Assembly (NCBI GenBank): GCA_025060305.1
Contig: JANXCD010000001.1
Location: 1 to 46,237, forward strand
Direction of reading: 5' to 3'
Length of the DNA: 46,237 nucleotides
DNA from: Armatimonadota bacterium
Lineage (GTDB): Bacteria; Armatimonadota; Fervidibacteria; Fervidibacterales; Fervidibacteraceae
How positions within the stretch are numbered: the first letter of the stretch is position 1; every line of letters begins with the position of its first letter. The notes below the pieces were generated by a model. It ran no database searches and was not told where the DNA came from. It saw nothing but the letters and a program-made list of their open reading frames with translations. A program made the translations under genes and the position numbers. Below, piece by piece: positions 39,276 through 46,237 of this stretch.

Positions 39276-40859
39276 ATGGAACTCTTGATGGCTTTGGTCA
39301 TCGGGCTTGCAATTGCTATTATCACTTCAGGGTCAATTATTCTTTGGGCTTGGCGAACTTTTCTTTTGCCTCAGCAACAAAAATTAGAGGCAATGAAGCA
39401 AAAACTTGAAGAAGAAAAAAGCAAAGCCGAAAGAATGCAAAAAGAAGCCGAGGAAAAATTCAAGGATGCCGAAACGAAACTTCGGGATGCTAACCTCTTA
39501 GTCCGTGAGGAATTGCAGCGTGAAAGGGATAGGCTTGAACAAGAGTATCGTGAGCGTAGGGAAGAACTTTTGAGGTGGGAACGAAGGCTTTCACAACGAG
39601 AAGAGCAGACTGACCGAAGGATGAACCAAATTGAAGAAAGGGAAAAAGCCATCAAAAAAGAAGAGCAAAGGATTCAAGCGTTGGTTAAGGAAGCGGAAGA
39701 CCTGAACCGAAAGGCTAAAGAGGAACTTGAGCGCATCGCTGAGTTAACACCTGAACAGGCAAAACAAATAGTGCTTTCTAAAGTTGAAGAAGAACTCCAA
39801 GCAGAAATCGCCCGAAAAATTCACGAAGCCGAAGAGCAAATCAAACAGGAAGCCGAAATGAAGGCTAAGAAAATCCTCGCCACAACGATGCAAAGGTGTG
39901 CCGTTGAAGTTGCCTCTGAGATGACAGTAACGACTGTCTCACTGCCTTCCGAAGAAATGAAGGGACGAATAATAGGTCGGGAAGGTCGCAACATACGAAC
40001 TTTTGAGTTGCTAACAGGTGTTGACCTGATCGTTGACGACACCCCCGAAGCGGTAGTTTTATCTTGCTTTGACCCCATAAGGCGTGAAATTGCTCGCATG
40101 GCTCTTGAAATGCTAATAGCCGACGGACGAATTCATCCTGCAAGAATTGAAGAAGTAGTTGAAAAGGCAAGGCAAGAGATGGAGCAGAGAATTATTCAAG
40201 CAGGTTATGAGGCTGCAAGGGCTTCTATGGTTGATAACCTACATGAAGGGCTAATCAAGTTGCTTGGCAGGTTGAAATTCCGAACCAGTTACGGTCAAAA
40301 TGTCCTTGACCACTCTGTTGAAGTTTCTCACTTGGCAGGAATAATGGCTGACGAGTTGAAGGTAAATAGCAAAATTGCTCGTAGAGCCGGTCTGCTCCAC
40401 GATATTGGAAAAGCCCTTGACCACCACATAGAAGGAAGCCATGTTGAAATTGGCATTGAAGTTTTGCGCCGATATGGTGAACCCGAAGAAGTTATCCATG
40501 CTGTTGCTGCCCATCACGGCGACATTGAGCCTAAAAGCGTTGAGGCAGTCCTCGTTTTGGTTGCCGACGCTCTATCGGCATCAAGACCAGGCGCTCGCAG
40601 GGAGAGTTTTGAAGCCTACATAAGAAGGCTTGAACAACTTGAAAGTATCGCTAAATCTTTCAACGGCGTTGATAAAGCCTATGTCATTCAAGCAGGTCGT
40701 GAAGTTAGGGTCATTGTCAAGCCTGAGCAAGTTGATGACGCTACTACGGCAAAATTAGCAAGAGAAATCGCCTTGAAAATTCAACAAGATACTCAATTCC
40801 CAGGTCAAATCAAAGTTACCGTCATCAGAGAGACGAGGGCTGTAGAGTATGCTCGTTAG
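39276..40859 (+). CDS. rny: Ribonuclease Y
   Basis: N-terminal TM, coiled coil, KH ([14 protein letters not shown]), HD (LLHDIGKA), end [12 protein letters not shown]. Confidence 0.97.
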   Translation: MELLMALVIGLAIAIITSGSIILWAWRTFLLPQQQKLEAMKQKLEEEKSKAERMQKEAEEKFKDAETKLRDANLLVREELQRERDRLEQEYRERREELLRWERRLSQREEQTDRRMNQIEEREKAIKKEEQRIQALVKEAEDLNRKAKEELERIAELTPEQAKQIVLSKVEEELQAEIARKIHEAEEQIKQEAEMKAKKILATTMQRCAVEVASEMTVTTVSLPSEEMKGRIIGREGRNIRTFELLTGVDLIVDDTPEAVVLSCFDPIRREIARMALEMLIADGRIHPARIEEVVEKARQEMEQRIIQAGYEAARASMVDNLHEGLIKLLGRLKFRTSYGQNVLDHSVEVSHLAGIMADELKVNSKIARRAGLLHDIGKALDHHIEGSHVEIGIEVLRRYGEPEEVIHAVAAHHGDIEPKSVEAVLVLVADALSASRPGARRESFEAYIRRLEQLESIAKSFNGVDKAYVIQAGREVRVIVKPEQVDDATTAKLAREIALKIQQDTQFPGQIKVTVIRETRAVEYAR

Positions 40860-40902
40860 TGCTATCAAGAATTGGAGTAAAGAGCATCCAGTCTTATGTC
40901 TC

Positions 40903-40930
40903 TTGACATGCTATGAAAAGCGGCTAAAAT
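40903..40930 (+). promoter_or_regulatory. Sigma70-type promoter of groESL
   Basis: TTGACA-16bp-TAAAAT. Confidence 0.75.
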
Positions 40931-40942
40931 CTAAGGCGGCTA

Positions 40943-40969
40943 TTAGCACTCTTTGAACTTAAGTGCTAA
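40943..40969 (+). promoter_or_regulatory. CIRCE element (HrcA operator)
   Basis: TTAGCACTC-N9-AAGTGCTAA, one mismatch to consensus, between promoter and groES. Confidence 0.92.
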
Positions 40970-41010
40970 ACTTCAGAAGACAAAATCTCTAAGTTACGGA
41001 GGTGATTGCG

Positions 41011-41331
41011 ATGAGAGTTCGTCCGTTAGGGAGTCGGGTCTTGGTCAAGCCGAGAGAAGAAGAGGAGAAAACGCCAGGTGGAATTATCCTTCCAGACACT
41101 GCAAAGGAAAAACCTCAAGAAGGAATTGTTATTGCTGTCGGTCCAGGCAAGTTGCTTGATAGCGGTGAGCGCCGACCTGTTTCTGTCAAGGAAGGAGACA
41201 TCGTGATTTTCAGCAAGTATGCTGGAACTGAAATCAAAATTGATGGCGAAGAATATCTCATCGTTGACGAAGATAGCATCCTCGCCGTAAAGGTTGTTGA
41301 GGAAAAAGAACCTGCCACTGCTCAAGCATAA
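41011..41331 (+). CDS. groES: Co-chaperonin GroES
   Basis: [36 protein letters not shown]. Confidence 0.98.
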   Translation: MRVRPLGSRVLVKPREEEEKTPGGIILPDTAKEKPQEGIVIAVGPGKLLDSGERRPVSVKEGDIVIFSKYAGTEIKIDGEEYLIVDEDSILAVKVVEEKEPATAQA

Positions 41332-41360
41332 ACTTGACAAAAATCCTACGATGGAGGTGA

Positions 41361-43026
<1,666 letters not shown>

Positions 43027-43050
43027 CGGCAAAAATGTTGAAACAAGGTG

Positions 43051-43078
43051 GGGACAGGTCTTTAGACCTGTCCCTTTA
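43051..43078 (+). terminator. Rho-independent terminator of groESL
   Basis: Perfect 10-bp stem GGGACAGGTC-ttta-GACCTGTCCC followed by TTT. Confidence 0.8.
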
Positions 43079-43272
43079 CTGCTACCTCCTGTTTATCCTC
43101 AACCGACTTAACTGCCATCTTTCCAATTTTCGCTCTACTAACTTTCCTGATCTGTTTACCTATGACCCACCAATTTGCTGACTTGCTGATAAAAAGTTCA
43201 ACTCTTCACAGTTGTAACTTCTCAGCATCCTTTAGCGCAGCGATGCAAAATTTTCATCACGGTGATGGCATT

Positions 43273-46237
43273 ATGAGTTCCGACCGATACATCGTCATTC
43301 GCGGTGCAAGACAACACAACTTGAAAAACATTGACCTTGTGCTGCCGAAAGAGAAGTTCATCGTCATAACGGGCATATCGGGTTCAGGTAAAAGTTCGCT
43401 GGCTTTTGATACGCTTTACGCTGAGGGTCAGCGGCGGTATGTTGAGAGCCTTTCCGCTTACGCAAGACAGTTCTTGGGGCGACTTGACAAGCCCGATGTT
43501 GACTTCATTGAGGGTCTTTCGCCCGCCATCAGCATTGACCAAAAAGCGATGCACCACAACCCTCGTTCAACGGTTGCGACGGTGACCGAAATTTACGACT
43601 ACTTGCGTTTGCTCTTTGCCCGCATCGGGACACCCCATTGCCACAAATGCGGTCGCCCAATCGTCCGCCAAACTCCAGAGCAAATCGTTGACCAAATCTT
43701 GAGTTTGCCCGAAGGAACTCGCATCCATGTCCTTGCACCGATAGTTCGCGGTCGCAAAGGGACTTACGGGCACTTGTTTGAAGAAATCCGAAGGCAAGGT
43801 TTCGTGAGGGTGAGAGTTGACGGGCAGGTCATGACCGTTGATGAAGCACTTCAGTTGCAACTTGACAGATACAAGCAGCACTGGATTGACATCGTTGTTG
43901 ACCGCATAGTTGTCAAACCTGAGGTTAGGTCGCGCTTGCACGATTCTGTTGAAACCGCATTGAAAGCGGGGCAAGGCATCGTTGTGGTGCAGTTGGTTGA
44001 CGGGACGGGGGACGGGGGACGAGGGACGGAGCAAACGACAACTTCACAGAAAACATCGCCCCGCGCCTCCCGCCCCTCGCCCCAAAACAACGAACTGATT
44101 TTCAGCGAACATTTCGCTTGCCCCGAATGCGGCACTAACATCCCTGAACTTCAGCCGAGAAATTTCAGTTTCAACAGCCCTTACGGTGCTTGCCCTGAAT
44201 GCGACGGTTTGGGCACGAAAGCGGAATTTGACCCAGACTTGATCATCCCGAACAAAAACTTGTCAATAGCCGATGGAGCGATTGTGCCGTGGAAACTCTA
44301 CATCAGCAACTACAAAAAGGAAATCCTTAAAGCGGTTGCCGAAGCCTATGGTTTTAGCGTTTACACGCCCATCAAAGACTTGACAAAAACTCAACTTGAT
44401 GCGCTCCTTTACGGGACTGACCGACCAGTCCGAGTCAGTTATGTAAACCGCTACGGTCGCTATCGGACAATCACGACTTTCTTTGAAGGCATTATTCCAA
44501 CTTTGCAGGAGGATTACCAAGACGGCGATGACGAATGGCGTGAAGAGTTACGCAAGTTCATGGCACTTCACCCTTGCCCCGCTTGCAAAGGTTCTCGCTT
44601 GAAACCTGAAAGTTTGGCTGTTACCGTCCGGGCAGCGATGAAGCCCAAATCACCTTTGCCATTCCCTGCCGACGACCCAAAAGAATGGGACGGGGGACGA
44701 GGGACAGGGGACGAGTTAATTCCTTCTCAAGACCCGCACCCCTTGTCCCGTGATTTGGTTTGGCGTTGGAACATCGCTCAGGTTTGTCAACTTTCTGTCA
44801 AGGAGGCGCTTCAATGGCTTGACGCTTTGAGGCTCACGGAGAAAGAGAGAACAATCGCTCACCAAATCCTCAAGGAAATCCGAAACCGCTTGCGGTTCCT
44901 CGTTGATGTCGGGCTTGACTATTTGACCCTTGACCGTGAAGCGTCAACCCTTGCAGGCGGTGAAGCGCAACGAATTCGTTTGGCAACGCAAGTTGGTTCG
45001 GGATTGACAGGTGTGCTTTACATCCTTGATGAGCCATCAATAGGTTTGCACCCACGAGATAACAAGCGGCTCATTGAAACGCTGAAAAGGTTGCGGGATA
45101 TGGGCAACACTGTTATCGTCGTTGAACATGATGAAGAGACAATCCGCAATGCCGATTTCGTCGTTGACCTTGGTCCAGGCGCTGGCGAACATGGTGGCTA
45201 TGTTGTCGTCACCGGCACTGTTGAAGATGTTGAGCGGTGCGAGCAATCTATCACTGGTCAATACTTGTCAGGCAAGCGGAAAATCCTTGTGCCAGAGTTT
45301 AGGCGCAAGCCGAAAGGTCAATGGCTTGTTGTCAAGGGGGCAAGATTGCACAACCTCAAAAACATTGAAGTCCGCTTCCCGCTCGGCTTATTCATTTGCG
45401 TGACGGGAGTTTCGGGTTCAGGCAAAAGCAGCCTCGTTGTTGACATCCTCTACAAAGCGCTCGCGCGAAGGTTGCACGGAGCGATGGAGTTGCCTGGCGA
45501 CCACGATGAGATTTTCGTTTGGGACGAGGGGCGAGGGGCGAGGGACGAGGTGACAAAGTGGATTGACAAAGTGATTGACATTGACCAATCGCCAATCGGC
45601 AGGACACCGAGAAGCAACCCAGCAACTTACACAGGCGTTTTCACTTACATCCGCGAGTTGTTCGCTTCAACGAGAGAAGCGAAAGCGAGAGGCTACAAAC
45701 CCGGTCGGTTCAGTTTCAATGTCAAAGGCGGAAGGTGCGAGGCTTGTCAAGGCGACGGTTACATCAAAGTTGAGATGCACTTTTTGCCCGATGTTTTCGT
45801 CCCGTGCGAAGTTTGCAAGGGCAAGCGATACAACCGCGAAACCCTTGAAGTGACTTACCGAGGCAAAAACATTGCCGATGTTTTGGACATGAGCGTTGAC
45901 GAAGCCCTTGAGTTCTTTGAGCATGTGCCGCCAATCAAACGAATTTTGCAAACGCTCCACGATGTCGGATTAGGCTACATCAAACTCGGTCAGCCGGCAA
46001 CGACGCTCAGCGGCGGTGAAGCGCAAAGGGTTAAGTTGGCGAGCGAGTTGTGCCGAAGGGCAACCGGACGAACGCTTTACATCCTAGACGAACCGACAGT
46101 CGGTTTGCACTTTTACGATGTTGAGCGGTTGCTCAATGTTTTGCATCGGCTCGTTGACATGGGCAACACTGTCATCGTCATTGAGCACAACCTTGAAGTC
46201 ATCAAGACTGCCGATTGGGTCATTGACCTTGGACCTG
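43273..46237 (+). CDS. uvrA: Excinuclease ABC subunit A, truncated by the window edge
   Basis: Not in ORF track. [24 protein letters not shown], Zn-binding CxxC pairs, [37 protein letters not shown]; frame 1 at all segments checked. Confidence 0.97.
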   Translation, partial: MSSDRYIVIRGARQHNLKNIDLVLPKEKFIVITGISGSGKSSLAFDTLYAEGQRRYVESLSAYARQFLGRLDKPDVDFIEGLSPAISIDQKAMHHNPRSTVATVTEIYDYLRLLFARIGTPHCHKCGRPIVRQTPEQIVDQILSLPEGTRIHVLAPIVRGRKGTYGHLFEEIRRQGFVRVRVDGQVMTVDEALQLQLDRYKQHWIDIVVDRIVVKPEVRSRLHDSVETALKAGQGIVVVQLVDGTGDGGRGTEQTTTSQKTSPRASRPSPQNNELIFSEHFACPECGTNIPELQPRNFSFNSPYGACPECDGLGTKAEFDPDLIIPNKNLSIADGAIVPWKLYISNYKKEILKAVAEAYGFSVYTPIKDLTKTQLDALLYGTDRPVRVSYVNRYGRYRTITTFFEGIIPTLQEDYQDGDDEWREELRKFMALHPCPACKGSRLKPESLAVTVRAAMKPKSPLPFPADDPKEWDGGRGTGDELIPSQDPHPLSRDLVWRWNIAQVCQLSVKEALQWLDALRLTEKERTIAHQILKEIRNRLRFLVDVGLDYLTLDREASTLAGGEAQRIRLATQVGSGLTGVLYILDEPSIGLHPRDNKRLIETLKRLRDMGNTVIVVEHDEETIRNADFVVDLGPGAGEHGGYVVVTGTVEDVERCEQSITGQYLSGKRKILVPEFRRKPKGQWLVVKGARLHNLKNIEVRFPLGLFICVTGVSGSGKSSLVVDILYKALARRLHGAMELPGDHDEIFVWDEGRGARDEVTKWIDKVIDIDQSPIGRTPRSNPATYTGVFTYIRELFASTREAKARGYKPGRFSFNVKGGRCEACQGDGYIKVEMHFLPDVFVPCEVCKGKRYNRETLEVTYRGKNIADVLDMSVDEALEFFEHVPPIKRILQTLHDVGLGYIKLGQPATTLSGGEAQRVKLASELCRRATGRTLYILDEPTVGLHFYDVERLLNVLHRLVDMGNTVIVIEHNLEVIKTADWVIDLGP
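44002..44083 (+). repeat. In-frame heptamer cassette 1 in uvrA (4 direct + 4 inverted units)
   Basis: GGGACGG GGGACGG GGGACGA GGGACGG ... TCGCCCC GCGCCTC CCGCCCC TCGCCCC. Confidence 0.9.
44687..44749 (+). repeat. In-frame heptamer cassette 2 in uvrA (4 direct + about 3 degenerate inverted units)
   Basis: GGGACGG GGGACGA GGGACAG GGGACGA ... AAGACCC GCACCCC TTGTCCC. Confidence 0.88.
45521..45548 (+). repeat. In-frame heptamer cassette 3 in uvrA (4 direct units)
   Basis: GGGACGA GGGGCGA GGGGCGA GGGACGA. Confidence 0.88.

Noticed and set aside
43100-43190. Degenerate short repeats such as CCAATTTG and CTGACTTG upstream of uvrA
   Set aside because: Too degenerate to define a unit reliably
44002-44769. 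Inteins or introns in uvrA
   Set aside because: Insertions are under 50 aa and lack intein termini (C/S...HN) and self-splicing intron size or structure
43529-45960. Short ORFs listed in the track
   Set aside because: Shadows or alternative frames of uvrA

Overview
Bacterial chromosomal window, gene-dense, with strong GGAGGTGA ribosome-binding sites. The gene content (DUF1559 prepilin, DUF1549/1553 plus DUF1501, DUF4838, GH172, GH20, extended ADP-ribosylglycohydrolase) suggests a polysaccharide-degrading Armatimonadota/Fervidibacter-like or PVC-like organism; this is inference only. It mixes housekeeping genes (UbiA/MqnP-like prenyltransferase, dtd, sdhB, mrdA, tRNA-Asp, tRNA-Phe, parB, recA-recX-rny, CIRCE-controlled groES-groEL, partial uvrA) with carbohydrate-related and uncharacterised genes. 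Two long genes absent from the ORF track run off the window edges: a GH20 at 1-1359 (-) and uvrA from 43273 (+). The most unusual signals are repeats. (1) uvrA carries three separate in-frame insertions, each built on exactly four GGG(A/G)C(G/A)(G/A) heptamers, two with an inverted arm. (2) A modular MITE/REP-like family with GCTCTTTACT...AGTAAAGAGC ends and co-varying hairpins is scattered through intergenic regions, and one 363-bp copy interrupts an IS transposase in frame. An unannotated rpe pseudogene and a duplication of the groEL 3' end are also present. Family assignments come from motif recognition by eye; no searches were run.
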